Below are positions 8,832 to 18,368 of a DNA stretch of 47,344 bases, one piece after another. The stretch covers positions 1 to 47,344 of the forward strand of contig BEHS01000003.1 in NCBI GenBank assembly GCA_002898895.1. The letters are read 5' to 3'. The DNA is from a bacterium HR16 (lineage in GTDB: Bacteria > Armatimonadota > HRBIN16). The translations under genes were made by a program, and so were the position numbers. A model generated the notes under the pieces. The model was not told the DNA's origin. It made no database searches and saw nothing but the letters and a program-made list of their open reading frames with translations. Each line of letters starts with the position of its first letter. Position 1 is the stretch's first letter.

Positions 8832-11693
8832 TCAGTCCTCCCTCTTCCTCGCCCGCTTCTTGGCATCCAGCAACCTGCCGATTTGCTCTTTTGAGGTGGA
8901 AGGTTGTGGAGCGGCGGAGCGAGCGGATGTCGGCTCTGTGGGCATCACTGGCTCCTCAGAGGTAGAGGCAGATGGTGGCGGAGTTGTTCCGGTGGGTGCA
9001 TACTTCTCGCGCAAACGCTCTTTGCGCTGAAGAAGCCGTGAAGTTGCGGAAGCGGAGGCGGTCACCCTGTGTCTCAGATGCAGGTGCGCTAGCGCACGTG
9101 CCCACGCCTGCTGCCATTCGGGAAGTGCCTCCGTCTGCCACACGATGCGCCTCAGCGCAACGTCTACCGGCAACAGGAACAGCACCACAAACAACAGGGG
9201 AACACTCGCTTCCGATGGCACCCGCACCGGAGCGCGCTGAGCGCCAAAGATGTCCTGAGGCGACGGCTGTTGCCTCCCGCCGGTGAGACGTGCAATCTGT
9301 TCCAGAAGCGCTCTGTTGCTCTTCAGGTCACGGTATTCAGGCGAGTAAGCAACGGTGTCTGTGCCGGTGCTCACTGCTGTCGTGCCGTTGGGGCGGCGAT
9401 ACTGCACGGCGACCACGTAGGTTCCGTAGCCCCGCGCGTCAAACGCGGCTTCGTAGCGGGTGGCTCCTGTCTGCGAGAGCACCAGCGGTATCACCTGACC
9501 GGTTGGGGAAATCAGTTTGGCGGTTAGCGAACGCGAGCCGGTATCTTCGTTCGCGGGCTGTCGCAGGAGGTCTACGCTCACGTACCCTTTACCGCCCGAA
9601 ATATTCACCTGCGTGCGCACGTCTTCGGCGGGCAGACTGCGCAGGATAGTGCGCATAGTACGTGCCGCGAAGGCAGGAAAGTCCGCCCATTTCACCCACT
9701 GCGCACACCATTTGGCGCGTCCGTCCGAGGTAAACGCCATACTGCGCCCCACACCGTACTGCCACACCGCGAACACAGGGTCGTCTTTGTGCGAGAGCAA
9801 GCCGACCTGCGCCCCCGGCTTGGCGGTGGTGGTGTTGTAGCCCAGCAATGGGGGTGAACTCTCCCAGTTCAAGCCCGAAACGATTTCATCGCCGGTGTAG
9901 CGCACGTAGAATGGCTCCTCGACGTACTGCGCTTTGCTGGCAATCATCGCCTCTTTGGTGAAAATCTGGGGCAGGTTCGCCATGCGGTCGGTGAAGTAGT
10001 AGCGTCCGCCCCCAGCCTTCGCCAGCTGCTGCAGGAACGCTTCGTCCTTGCCGTGCCCGAAACACACGACGGTCACAGTGATACCCGCCCGGCGCAGCTT
10101 CGCTGCGAGCGGAATGGCGCCTTCCTGGTCGTCGCAGTCCGCGCCGTCCGCAAGCACAATCATGTGCTTCATCTTAGCGCGGCTGAGCTGCATGAGCTTT
10201 GCGCCCGCCTCCATACCGGGGCGCACATAGATACCGCCTCCGCCCGGCTGGAACGCCGCCAGCGAGCGCAGTATCTCCTCCTTCTTCTCGCCCACACGCC
10301 ACATCGGCACAACCGCCCGGCAGTCGGAGCCGGCGGCGATAACGCCTACCTCATCCTGCGCCGTCAGAAAGCGTACCACCGTCGCCGCGGCGCGGTTTGC
10401 CAGCTCCATCTTGGTGGTTCCGCCTTCCGGCATCGCCATACTACCCGAATCGTCCACCACCAGCACAATGCCCACGCTGGGGAATGAGTGGTATTTGCGC
10501 ACGTCCATCGACACGGGCAGGGTCTCCTCCACAGGCGTCTCAAAGTAGCCGCCTGCGCCAAAGCTGTCCTCGCCACCCACCATACCCAACCCCACACCCA
10601 GCTCGCGCGTGGCGGTTTGCAGGGCGCGCATGGCGGGGATGCCCAGCTCGTAGGCAGGCACATTGTGCAGAACCACCGCATCATACGCCTGCAGCTGCGC
10701 CGGCTGTGTTTTCATGCCCTGTGGATTGACCACCTCCACGCGAATGCGCTGTGACTGCGCAGCAGTGGACAACGGGGTTGGCTTTCCGCTACCGGTAACG
10801 TACAGCACACGGGGTGTGCCCTGTACACGCACATAGCCCGCGCCGCGATTGTTCTGGGGATAGGTATCTGTAGAAGCCAGCAGAGACACCTGGTAGCGGT
10901 ATTGCCCTGCGGTGTCCTCGCGGTGTGTCAAACGCACCAGATTCTTGCCGGGCTTCAGCGCTACCGCCTGCGTCTTCACAGGCTGTCCGTCCCGCAGCAG
11001 GGTAAGCTCCGCCGATTGTGCGTGGGTGGACTGTATCCACAGGCGCAGGTCAAATGGCTCGCCCTCTTTGACCAGCATGGGAGTTTGCACTCGCTCCACC
11101 AGCGCCTCGGTGCGCACCTCTCGCGGGAAGGGAACCACATGCACCTTCACCCCGCGGCTGGCTGCCTGCAACGCCTGTGCCACCGCGTCGCCCGCATTGG
11201 CGTTACCGTCGGAGAAGAGCACAATCTGCTTGCCTGCGTTTTCGGGGAAGGCAGCGAGTGCCAGGCTGATGGCACGCCCGATGTCGGTCATTTCTGGCGA
11301 GCTGCTGGCAGGTATTCGGCTGAGGTCGGGGCGCGGGCTCAGCGGGGTGATAACCTGCGGGTCACTACCGAAGACGATGACGCCCGCCAGGTCGTCCTCG
11401 CGGATATGGCGCACCGCCTCGCGGATGAACTGCAGTGCGGTCTCGCGTTGCTGTGGTTCCACGCTCGCACTGCCATCTACCACGAAGAACACCGCTTGCG
11501 CGGTCGTGGTGCGCACCCAGCGCACCCCCGCCAGTGCGAACACAATCAGCGTCACTAGCAGTAAACGCAGCCACAGCGAAGCTTGCTTCTGCCAGCGGGG
11601 CAGAGCTGCCAGGCTGTGCCGGTGTACCCACCAGAAGGCAGGCAACATCGCCAGCAAGAGCAACATCCACGGGCGTGCGAACTCTACAGGCAT
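8832..11693 (-). CDS. Membrane-anchored double-VWA protein (BatA-like N-terminus, GATase-like domain)
   Basis: N-terminal FARPWMLLLL TM pair; MIDAS motifs VDGSASV and VDDSGSM; GGEDSFGAGGYFETPVEETLPV; WQYGVGRS; C-terminal TM. Confidence 0.88.
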   Translation of the reverse strand: MPVEFARPWMLLLLAMLPAFWWVHRHSLAALPRWQKQASLWLRLLLVTLIVFALAGVRWVRTTTAQAVFFVVDGSASVEPQQRETALQFIREAVRHIREDDLAGVIVFGSDPQVITPLSPRPDLSRIPASSSPEMTDIGRAISLALAAFPENAGKQIVLFSDGNANAGDAVAQALQAASRGVKVHVVPFPREVRTEALVERVQTPMLVKEGEPFDLRLWIQSTHAQSAELTLLRDGQPVKTQAVALKPGKNLVRLTHREDTAGQYRYQVSLLASTDTYPQNNRGAGYVRVQGTPRVLYVTGSGKPTPLSTAAQSQRIRVEVVNPQGMKTQPAQLQAYDAVVLHNVPAYELGIPAMRALQTATRELGVGLGMVGGEDSFGAGGYFETPVEETLPVSMDVRKYHSFPSVGIVLVVDDSGSMAMPEGGTTKMELANRAAATVVRFLTAQDEVGVIAAGSDCRAVVPMWRVGEKKEEILRSLAAFQPGGGGIYVRPGMEAGAKLMQLSRAKMKHMIVLADGADCDDQEGAIPLAAKLRRAGITVTVVCFGHGKDEAFLQQLAKAGGGRYYFTDRMANLPQIFTKEAMIASKAQYVEEPFYVRYTGDEIVSGLNWESSPPLLGYNTTTAKPGAQVGLLSHKDDPVFAVWQYGVGRSMAFTSDGRAKWCAQWVKWADFPAFAARTMRTILRSLPAEDVRTQVNISGGKGYVSVDLLRQPANEDTGSRSLTAKLISPTGQVIPLVLSQTGATRYEAAFDARGYGTYVVAVQYRRPNGTTAVSTGTDTVAYSPEYRDLKSNRALLEQIARLTGGRQQPSPQDIFGAQRAPVRVPSEASVPLLFVVLFLLPVDVALRRIVWQTEALPEWQQAWARALAHLHLRHRVTASASATSRLLQRKERLREKYAPTGTTPPPSASTSEEPVMPTEPTSARSAAPQPSTSKEQIGRLLDAKKRARKRED

Positions 11694-11699
11694 ATCGGC

Positions 11700-13874
11700 T
11701 CACCGCAGGGCGCGTTCACACTCCTGCCGTAACTCATCCAGTGCGCGCTGTCGTTCCGGAGCACGCATCAGTGACCACAACATGACCCTGTTTTCCCTGG
11801 CAGCGCGGTCGGCGTCCAGAATCCGCAAGGCGCGAGAGTACAGCTCACGTACCTCGCTCTCCGGTTTGCCCTGTTGCTTCGCGATTCGCGCCAGACCCGC
11901 GTAGGCGAACGCATAGTCCACCTCGGGCAGCTCGGGCACCGCGCGCACCTGATTGTATACGCTCGATTCTATCTCCAGCATTCGCCGGTACACCGCCTCC
12001 GCATCTCCCAGTTTACCCTGTTGCTCCAGCGTTTTGCCCAGCTCCGCCATCACACGCAGAGCGTATGGGTCCAGTTCCAGCGCATGGCGGTAGGCTTCGA
12101 CGGCTCGGGCGCGGTCGCCCAGTATGTCCCGATACAGGTTGCCCAGATGATACCACGTTTTGGAGAGCGGCGTCAGCTCTGCCGAGCGGCGCAGTGCCTT
12201 TTCGGCTTCCTCTGCACGCGAGAGGTCGCCCGCACGCGCCATGCTCATAGAGAACATGCCCAAACTCAGGTAGTGGTCGCCGTTGAAAGGTTCCCAGTGC
12301 AGCGCACGCCGATAGCCTTCTTCATCGGGGACGCCGCGGGACAGATTCCAGTTCGCGCTATTGGCGTTGAGCGCGCCGCCCATGCGCAGGGTCAGCACAA
12401 CCCAGGCGATAGCCAGCAGGGTGGTGTGGGCGAGGTAGAGACGGTTTACCCTCGCCCCCAGCCTCTCTCCTGAGGGGAGAGGGATGGGGGAGAGCATCAG
12501 TCCCACTATCGCCCAGAAGGTGAACAGACAGGCAAAGATATACCAGTCGGAGTCTATCAGGTTGCGCGCGAGCCCGGCGGCGATAGCTCCCGCCAGCCCT
12601 GCGCGGAGCACGCGAGCGTCCCATCTCTCCGCCATCCCGTTCGCCGTGCGCACCTCGGTGCGCACTACCGCCCACGCCAGCACGCCGAGCGTGCCCAACA
12701 GCAACACCAGAGCAGGCACCCCCGCCTCCGCCGCGAGCTGCAGGTAAGAGTTGTGCGCCAGACGAGTGAAGCCCACGTAGGCGTAGCGCGGGTAGGCTAT
12801 CTCGTAGGTTCCCAGCCCTGTGCCCAGCAAGGGATGCGCCTTTGTCATGCGGAGCGTGCCTCGCCATGTCCATACGCGGAAGCCGCCTGAGTGTTCGCCT
12901 TCCTGTACCGCTTGAGTCGTCACGCGCGCGGCGAGTGAGCGGGCAGTAACGAACGCCGTACCCAGCACCAGCAGGCAGACGATTCCGAACAACAACGCAC
13001 GCTGGCGATTCCATGACCTGTTGAACGCCATCCATCCCGCCAGCACCACCAGCGCGAGCACGGCGCTCGCCGTACCAAAGCGGGAACCCGTGAGCAGTAT
13101 CGCCGCCATCTGCATCCATGCGCCGAAGCCCAACAGCCAGCGCAGTTCCCCCCCTCCTTTGGGAGAGGACAGGGTTTGCGTGGGGCAGAAAGCCAGAGCC
13201 AAACCCAGCGTGACGGGCATGGTGAGGCAGAGGTAGCCCGCCAGAAAGTTGGGATTGAAGAAGGTGCCGAACACACGCCAGTTGGGCACGATGCGCGCGT
13301 TCTCCGCGTACTCACGCATGGCGAAGGCGGCAGCAAGGGTACCCGCTAACGCCAGCGCAAGGGCAACCGTCAACGCCTGTTCTCCACGCCTTCGCGAGAA
13401 AAGCCATGCCGCGGCGATGGCTATCGCCCAGTGGCTCCATGCAACCACCGTGCCCCACCGATACACCGAAACCGCTACCGATACCAGCATCCACAGCAGG
13501 AACAGGCTCGCCAGCACGCGCGCGGGACGCGGGACCGCATCATCGCCAACGGGACGTTGTGTCCACTCCCAGATGGCGGCAGCAAGCGCGAGCAGAGTAA
13601 TTACCCAGATAGCAACCGGCAGCAGCGTTCCGGTGGTAAACAGAGCGGTTACCACCCCGCGCAGAGATGGCTCCACCGGCTCGCTACCCACCTCCAGCCG
13701 ACCGGCGGTTAACGGCGCCAGCACCACCGCCACACTGAGCAGCCATGTGGAGACACCGATTTCCCGGCGCGAGGGTGGTAGGGATTCGGCTGGCTTTTTG
13801 CTCGCTCGATTCTTCTTCATGTTTTTGGGGTTCACCGGCGAAGGGCGAGGCTCCTGCCGAGAGGTTGCCCCCAC
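11700..13874 (-). CDS. O-antigen ligase (Wzy_C)-family membrane protein with C-terminal TPRs
   Basis: RVFGTFFNPNFLAGYL, LTGSRFG, R..TWRGTLRM...HPLLGTGLGTY, AHNSYLQLAAEAG, TPR repeats. Start uncertain (GTG 13874 has a well-spaced GAGGAGG; ATG 13820 is an alternative). Confidence 0.88.
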   Translation of the reverse strand: MGATSRQEPRPSPVNPKNMKKNRASKKPAESLPPSRREIGVSTWLLSVAVVLAPLTAGRLEVGSEPVEPSLRGVVTALFTTGTLLPVAIWVITLLALAAAIWEWTQRPVGDDAVPRPARVLASLFLLWMLVSVAVSVYRWGTVVAWSHWAIAIAAAWLFSRRRGEQALTVALALALAGTLAAAFAMREYAENARIVPNWRVFGTFFNPNFLAGYLCLTMPVTLGLALAFCPTQTLSSPKGGGELRWLLGFGAWMQMAAILLTGSRFGTASAVLALVVLAGWMAFNRSWNRQRALLFGIVCLLVLGTAFVTARSLAARVTTQAVQEGEHSGGFRVWTWRGTLRMTKAHPLLGTGLGTYEIAYPRYAYVGFTRLAHNSYLQLAAEAGVPALVLLLGTLGVLAWAVVRTEVRTANGMAERWDARVLRAGLAGAIAAGLARNLIDSDWYIFACLFTFWAIVGLMLSPIPLPSGERLGARVNRLYLAHTTLLAIAWVVLTLRMGGALNANSANWNLSRGVPDEEGYRRALHWEPFNGDHYLSLGMFSMSMARAGDLSRAEEAEKALRRSAELTPLSKTWYHLGNLYRDILGDRARAVEAYRHALELDPYALRVMAELGKTLEQQGKLGDAEAVYRRMLEIESSVYNQVRAVPELPEVDYAFAYAGLARIAKQQGKPESEVRELYSRALRILDADRAARENRVMLWSLMRAPERQRALDELRQECERALR
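12448..12484. repeat. REP-like palindrome inside the O-antigen ligase CDS
   Basis: ACCCTCGCCCCCAGCCTCTCTCC-TGA-GGGGAGAGG; 9-bp stem with one G-T pair; encodes PLPSGERLGARV. Confidence 0.6.
13147..13185. repeat. REP-like palindrome inside the O-antigen ligase CDS
   Basis: Minus strand CCCCACGCAAACCCTGTCCTCTCCCAAAGGAGGGGGG; encodes PTQTLSSPKGGG. Confidence 0.5.
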
Positions 13875-14002
13875 CTCCAATCCTCCTCAGCGCTATGGAA
13901 GAGGGAAAAGGCGCGCTGAAGTGCGCTACGACGAACAGGTCAGTTACGACGGAGCGTGACCTTCCACCCAGCCCTTTGGAGGGATGCGCTCCGTCGCATC
14001 CC
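13843..14002. repeat. Cluster of REP-like units at and upstream of the ligase start
   Basis: GGGCGAGGCTCCTGCCGAG (13843-13861); GTTACGACGGAGCGTGACCTTCC (13943-13965), similar to 7433-7456; GGAGGGATGCGCTCCGTCGCATCCC (13978-14002). Confidence 0.65.
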
Positions 14003-14008
14003 AAACCA

Positions 14009-14905
14009 CTACCTCCCCAACACCTTCAGCCGAAGCGCAATCAGATAGTTACGCACCACCAGCAGGTTTGCCCGCAGCCACAGCCCCAGAGGGATGAGCA
14101 ACCTGCTCCAGACAGGCAGGCGGTGAGCATAGTGCTTCTGGAAAAACAGGCGGTGACTACGGTGGAACTGCCGAATCATCGCGTTTACCGCCTTGTCGCT
14201 ACTGCGCCCGATGGCGTGTGTGACCAGCGCTTCGGGGTGATAAACCACCTTCCAGCCTGCCTCGTGCGCCCGCCAGCACAGGTCCACATCTTCGCAGTAC
14301 ATGAAGAACCGCTCGTCAAACCCGCCCAGCTGCTGCCACGCCTCGCGCCGTACCATCATCGCACAGCCGGATACCCAGTCCACCTCTATCGTGCGCGCGT
14401 GGTCAAAATCGGTCATCAGGTAGTCGCGCACGAAGCGGTTCTGCGGAAACAGCCTTCCCAGAAAGGTGTTGCGGAACAGCCCTGCCTCATAGACGGGGAA
14501 ACGCCGACAGGAGTACTGCAACGACCCGTCGGGGTTCAGCACCTTCGGGGCGATAACGCCCACATTGGGATGCGCGTCCGCATAATCTACCAGCGCTTTG
14601 AGCGAGCCGGGGTGCGCCTGAGCATCCGAGTTGAGCAGCATCAGATACCTGCCCTGTGCGATGTATGCGGCACGGTTATGCGCCTTGCCGAAGCCCTCGT
14701 TCAGGCGGTTCTCAATCAGCTTTACCTCGGGAAACTCACGTTTGACCATCGCCACGCTGTCGTCCCACGAGGCGTTATCCACCACAATAATCTCCACCTG
14801 TACGCCCGGATGATGCGAAGGGTGCAGCGAGCGAAGGCACTCGCGCAGCTCATCGCGCGTGTTCCAGTTGACCACAATCACGCTTACATCAGGTTTTTCA
14901 TTCAC
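14009..14905 (-). CDS. GT2 glycosyltransferase (WbbL-like)
   Basis: VSVIVVNWNT, VDNASWDDS, LLNSD, VDWVSGCAMMVRR, FDERFFMYCEDVDLC. Confidence 0.93.
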   Translation of the reverse strand: MNEKPDVSVIVVNWNTRDELRECLRSLHPSHHPGVQVEIIVVDNASWDDSVAMVKREFPEVKLIENRLNEGFGKAHNRAAYIAQGRYLMLLNSDAQAHPGSLKALVDYADAHPNVGVIAPKVLNPDGSLQYSCRRFPVYEAGLFRNTFLGRLFPQNRFVRDYLMTDFDHARTIEVDWVSGCAMMVRREAWQQLGGFDERFFMYCEDVDLCWRAHEAGWKVVYHPEALVTHAIGRSSDKAVNAMIRQFHRSHRLFFQKHYAHRLPVWSRLLIPLGLWLRANLLVVRNYLIALRLKVLGR

Positions 14906-15767
14906 TCTGCCAGCCCTCGCGTCCCTTACCCAGCGTCCTCAGCCAGGCGTTCAGGATAATGCTTCCCGTAATCAACCAGTATATCGGCTTCGGCAGGCGT
15001 CGCCGATAGTGCTTCTGGTAGAACTTCTGCAGTGAGCGGTGCGATTCCCATATCATTTGTGGGCGTACCTGCCGCGTGCTTGCCCCACCGTGATGGATAA
15101 TAACCACGCCGGGGTGAAACACAATCTTCAGCCCCTGCCTTTTCGCCCGGTAGCACCAGTCCACCTCGTTGAAAAAGATGGGGAACCGCTCATCCATGAG
15201 CCCTACCGCCCTCACCGCCCGTCGGGAGAGCATCAGGAAGGTTCCCATCGGCTGGTCTACCTCCGCAATCTGGTCGTAGGTGAACCACGTCATGCGATAC
15301 GCACCGAACCGGCGCGAGCGGGGGAACAGCCTCGCCAATCCCAAATACTCCCACATCACCGCTTCGGGTTCCGGAAAGCCCCGCACCGACATCTGCACGC
15401 GCCCGTCGGGGTATATTAGCTTCGCGCCGAGCGCGGCAACGTCGGGATTCTCGCGCATGTACTGCACGGCGGTATCCAGCGCGCCCTCCGTCACCTCCGT
15501 ATCGGGGTTGAGCAGTAGCAGGTAATCGCCCTGCGCCTTCTGCAGAAGCAAGTTATTGCCCGCTGCGTAGCCCAGATTGCGCTCGGAGGCCATCAGCTGC
15601 ACTTCGGGGAACTCGGAGTGCACCATCTCCGCGCTGCCGTCCTGTGAGGCGTTATCCAGCACCCACACCTCCATTGGCTCGGAGAGGGGGTAGCGTTGCA
15701 ATGACTGAAGGCACGCCCGCAGCAGCTCGCGCGTGTTCCAGTTAACGATGAGCACGGAGAGGGTCAT
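14898..15767 (-). CDS. GT2 glycosyltransferase (WbbL-like)
   Basis: Start ATG 15767 (MTLSVLIVNWNT) overlaps the HAD stop; LDNASQDGS, LLNPD, MDERFPIFFNEVDWC. Confidence 0.92.
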   Translation of the reverse strand: MTLSVLIVNWNTRELLRACLQSLQRYPLSEPMEVWVLDNASQDGSAEMVHSEFPEVQLMASERNLGYAAGNNLLLQKAQGDYLLLLNPDTEVTEGALDTAVQYMRENPDVAALGAKLIYPDGRVQMSVRGFPEPEAVMWEYLGLARLFPRSRRFGAYRMTWFTYDQIAEVDQPMGTFLMLSRRAVRAVGLMDERFPIFFNEVDWCYRAKRQGLKIVFHPGVVIIHHGGASTRQVRPQMIWESHRSLQKFYQKHYRRRLPKPIYWLITGSIILNAWLRTLGKGREGWQSE

Positions 15768-16420
15768 AGCAGCTCCCTCAATTCCCTCACCAGCAGGTCG
15801 GGCGGATGATTGCGGAAGGGGTTGATGGGCACATCCAGACGCCAGATACCCACTGTGCAACAACCCGCCGCCCTGCCCGCTTCCACATCCATCCAGTAGT
15901 CGCCCACCACCACGCACCGCTCCGGGGCAATCTCCCACCTCTCCAGTGCTACCGTCACGTGCTGGGGATGAGGTTTCACCTTCTCGACATCATCCCTGCT
16001 CACCAGCAGGTCGTACGGTATTTGCAACTGCTCCAGCGTGTTGAGTGAAACCCGGCGGTCGTTGCGGGTGATGATGCCGATGCGCGCGTTTTGCTCCTTC
16101 AGCGCGTTCAGCAGGTCGTACACACCGGGTACAGGGCGGGGCGCAGCGCAGTACGCCATCTCCATTGCTTGCAGGCGGGCGAAGGCGCGCGTGCGCAGGT
16201 CTGTGCTCTCCTCCGCTCTGCCCGCAGAACGCAACACCTCAACTGCCTTCTCCACCGCGCCCAGCGCATCCAAATCCTGCAGGGGAAGGGTGTCTACACC
16301 GTACTCCGCAATCAACTGCAGGGTCGCTGCACGCAGTCTGGAGAAGTCGATGCCCGTCTCGACGAGCGTGCCGTCGAGGTCGAACAGCACCGCCTGTGCA
16401 TGGTGGAAAATCGCGTGCAT
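15764..16420 (-). CDS. HAD-superfamily hydrolase (phosphoglycolate phosphatase-like)
   Basis: LFDLDGTL, GIITRN, KPHP, VGDYWMDVEAGRAAG. Confidence 0.9.
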   Translation of the reverse strand: MHAIFHHAQAVLFDLDGTLVETGIDFSRLRAATLQLIAEYGVDTLPLQDLDALGAVEKAVEVLRSAGRAEESTDLRTRAFARLQAMEMAYCAAPRPVPGVYDLLNALKEQNARIGIITRNDRRVSLNTLEQLQIPYDLLVSRDDVEKVKPHPQHVTVALERWEIAPERCVVVGDYWMDVEAGRAAGCCTVGIWRLDVPINPFRNHPPDLLVRELRELL

Positions 16421-16426
16421 ATCTGG

Positions 16427-16435
16427 ATTATACCA
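16427..16435 (-). promoter_or_regulatory. Extended -10 promoter, probably giving a leaderless mRNA
   Basis: TGG-TATAAT-ccagat-ATG with no RBS in between. Confidence 0.6.
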
Positions 16436-16509
16436 GCCTTGTGCAAGCAGGAGAAGAGGCAAGGTATCGTGAATCGGTATCAGCCATTTCGCAACGAGGA
16501 GGAGACACC

Positions 16510-16893
16510 ATGCCCAAACAGGTCATCACCACACACGACGCCCCGGCGGCGATTGGACCCTACTCGCAGGCGATTCGGGTGGGCAATCTGGTCTTTACAT
16601 CGGGTCAGATACCGTTGCATCCGCAGACGGGCGAAATCGTCGGTGATACCGCTGCCGAACAGGCGCGACAGGTGCTGCAAAACCTGCAGGCGGTGCTGCA
16701 GGCGGCGGGCGTGTCGTTACAGAACGTGGTCAAAACCACCATCTTCCTCACCGACCTCGGGCAGTTCGCGGCGGTGAACGCGGTCTACGCCGAATTCTTC
16801 CCACACGACCCGCCCGCACGCTCTACAGTGCAGGTAGCCGCCCTGCCGCGCGGTGTGCAGGTGGAGATAGAGGCAATCGCGGTAGTCGAGTAG
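16510..16893 (+). CDS. ridA: RidA/YjgF/UK114 enamine deaminase
   Basis: APAAIGPYSQA, SGQIP, VVKTTIFL, PPARSTVQVAALP...VEIEAIA; RBS GAGGAGG. Confidence 0.95.
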   Translation: MPKQVITTHDAPAAIGPYSQAIRVGNLVFTSGQIPLHPQTGEIVGDTAAEQARQVLQNLQAVLQAAGVSLQNVVKTTIFLTDLGQFAAVNAVYAEFFPHDPPARSTVQVAALPRGVQVEIEAIAVVE

Positions 16894-16894
16894 G

Positions 16895-18250
16895 CTACCC
16901 GCGCGCCGCCTCGTGCAGTAGTTCCACCAGTGTGGGATGAGCGGGATACAGGGACGCCAGCGTCTCTGCCGTTCCTCCCAGCGACATCGCTACCGCCAGC
17001 GGAGCCAGTATATCCGCCGCGTGTGGGCCTGCCGCCGAGCCGCCCAGCAGCTTGCCGGTGCTCTCCTCCACCACCAGTTTCACCAAGCCCTCGGTCTCAC
17101 CCAGCAGTTGCGCCTTCAGGTTGTCGGCGTACCCGGCGCGAAGCACCTTTACGCTTATTCCCTGCTGGCGTGCCTGCGCCTCGGTGATGCCTACCTGCGC
17201 CACCTGCGGTTGGGTGTACACCGCCTCCACCACCAGCTCGGCGCGGAAGGGCGGTGTGGGCAATCCCAGCGCATGTCGTACCGCCACCTGCGCCTGTGCC
17301 CAGCCGCGATTGAGGGTGAAAGGCGGTCCCGCCGCGTCTCCCACCGCGTAGATGTGCGGAACGGATGACTGCAGGTACTCGTTGAGGGACAAACCCTGCG
17401 GTGAGGGCTGCACACCCGTCGCCTCCAGGTTCAACCGCGTCAGGTCCGCCCGCCTGCCGATGGCGATAAAGGCATGACTGCCCTCCAGCGTTCTGCCATC
17501 CGCCAGTCGCACCTGCACGCCGCTGTCGGTTGCGGTAACGCTTTCCACCGGCGAGGAGAGCAGCACTTCGATACCCATCTGCCGGAAAGCGTGCTCCAGC
17601 AACTGCGATACCTCTCCATCCGCGCGGGGTAGCAGGCGCGGCATATCGGTAACCACAGTCACTCGCGAACCCAGCACGCGGAACAGGTAAGCAAACTCGC
17701 TGCCCGTGACGCCTCCACCCACCATCACCAGATGTTCGGGGAGCGATTGCAGGCTGCTGGCGAAGCGCGGCGCGAGGATACGCTTGCCGTCGGGCTTCAT
17801 ACCGGGCGGAAAGATGGGCACGGAGCCGGTAGCAATCAGCGCGAGGTCAAAAGAGAGCTGTTGCTCTCCACCCTCTTCTGTCTGCACTTTCACCGTATGC
17901 GCATCGACGAAAGACGCCACACCATGCACTACCTTTACTCCCGCCCTCTGCAGTGCGCCCTTTTGCACCTCACCCCACTGGCGGGTGCGCTGACGGATGC
18001 GCTCCATCAGGTCAGCAACATGCACTTCGGGCGTGGCAAGCTTTACCCCACGATGCAGTGCATAGCGGGCGTCCAGAACGGTATCCGCCGCCGTCAACAG
18101 CACCTTGCTGGGCACAAGGCTATCCCACGTGGTGCGTCCACCGATTTCGCCCTCGCCGATAAGGGTAACATCCGCCCCCAGCCTTGCCGCCTCCACCGCG
18201 GCGTGCACCCCTACCGAGCCACTACCAATGACCACAAATCGTCTGGACAT
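16895..18250 (-). CDS. Pyridine nucleotide-disulfide oxidoreductase family, LpdA (NAD(P)H:quinone reductase)-like, no redox cysteines
   Basis: GSGSVG FAD loop, ATGS, GGGVTGSEF, IYAVGD, HPTLVE; GGRTTWDSLVPSK where CxxxxC normally lies. Confidence 0.85.
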   Translation of the reverse strand: MSRRFVVIGSGSVGVHAAVEAARLGADVTLIGEGEIGGRTTWDSLVPSKVLLTAADTVLDARYALHRGVKLATPEVHVADLMERIRQRTRQWGEVQKGALQRAGVKVVHGVASFVDAHTVKVQTEEGGEQQLSFDLALIATGSVPIFPPGMKPDGKRILAPRFASSLQSLPEHLVMVGGGVTGSEFAYLFRVLGSRVTVVTDMPRLLPRADGEVSQLLEHAFRQMGIEVLLSSPVESVTATDSGVQVRLADGRTLEGSHAFIAIGRRADLTRLNLEATGVQPSPQGLSLNEYLQSSVPHIYAVGDAAGPPFTLNRGWAQAQVAVRHALGLPTPPFRAELVVEAVYTQPQVAQVGITEAQARQQGISVKVLRAGYADNLKAQLLGETEGLVKLVVEESTGKLLGGSAAGPHAADILAPLAVAMSLGGTAETLASLYPAHPTLVELLHEAARG

Positions 18251-18368
18251 ACCTCTTTACCTCCAGCGCTTTCAAGGATATGGACTCGGTGAAGAGGGGG
18301 AGGGATTCGTATTGACTCCCCTTCCCCTAGCCATGTAAAATATCTCCAAACACCTGTGGAGGCGTGCT

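Noticed and set aside
13745-14959. 404-aa plus-strand ORF
   Set aside because: Antisense shadow of the GT2 gene with no recognisable motifs; common in high-GC DNA.
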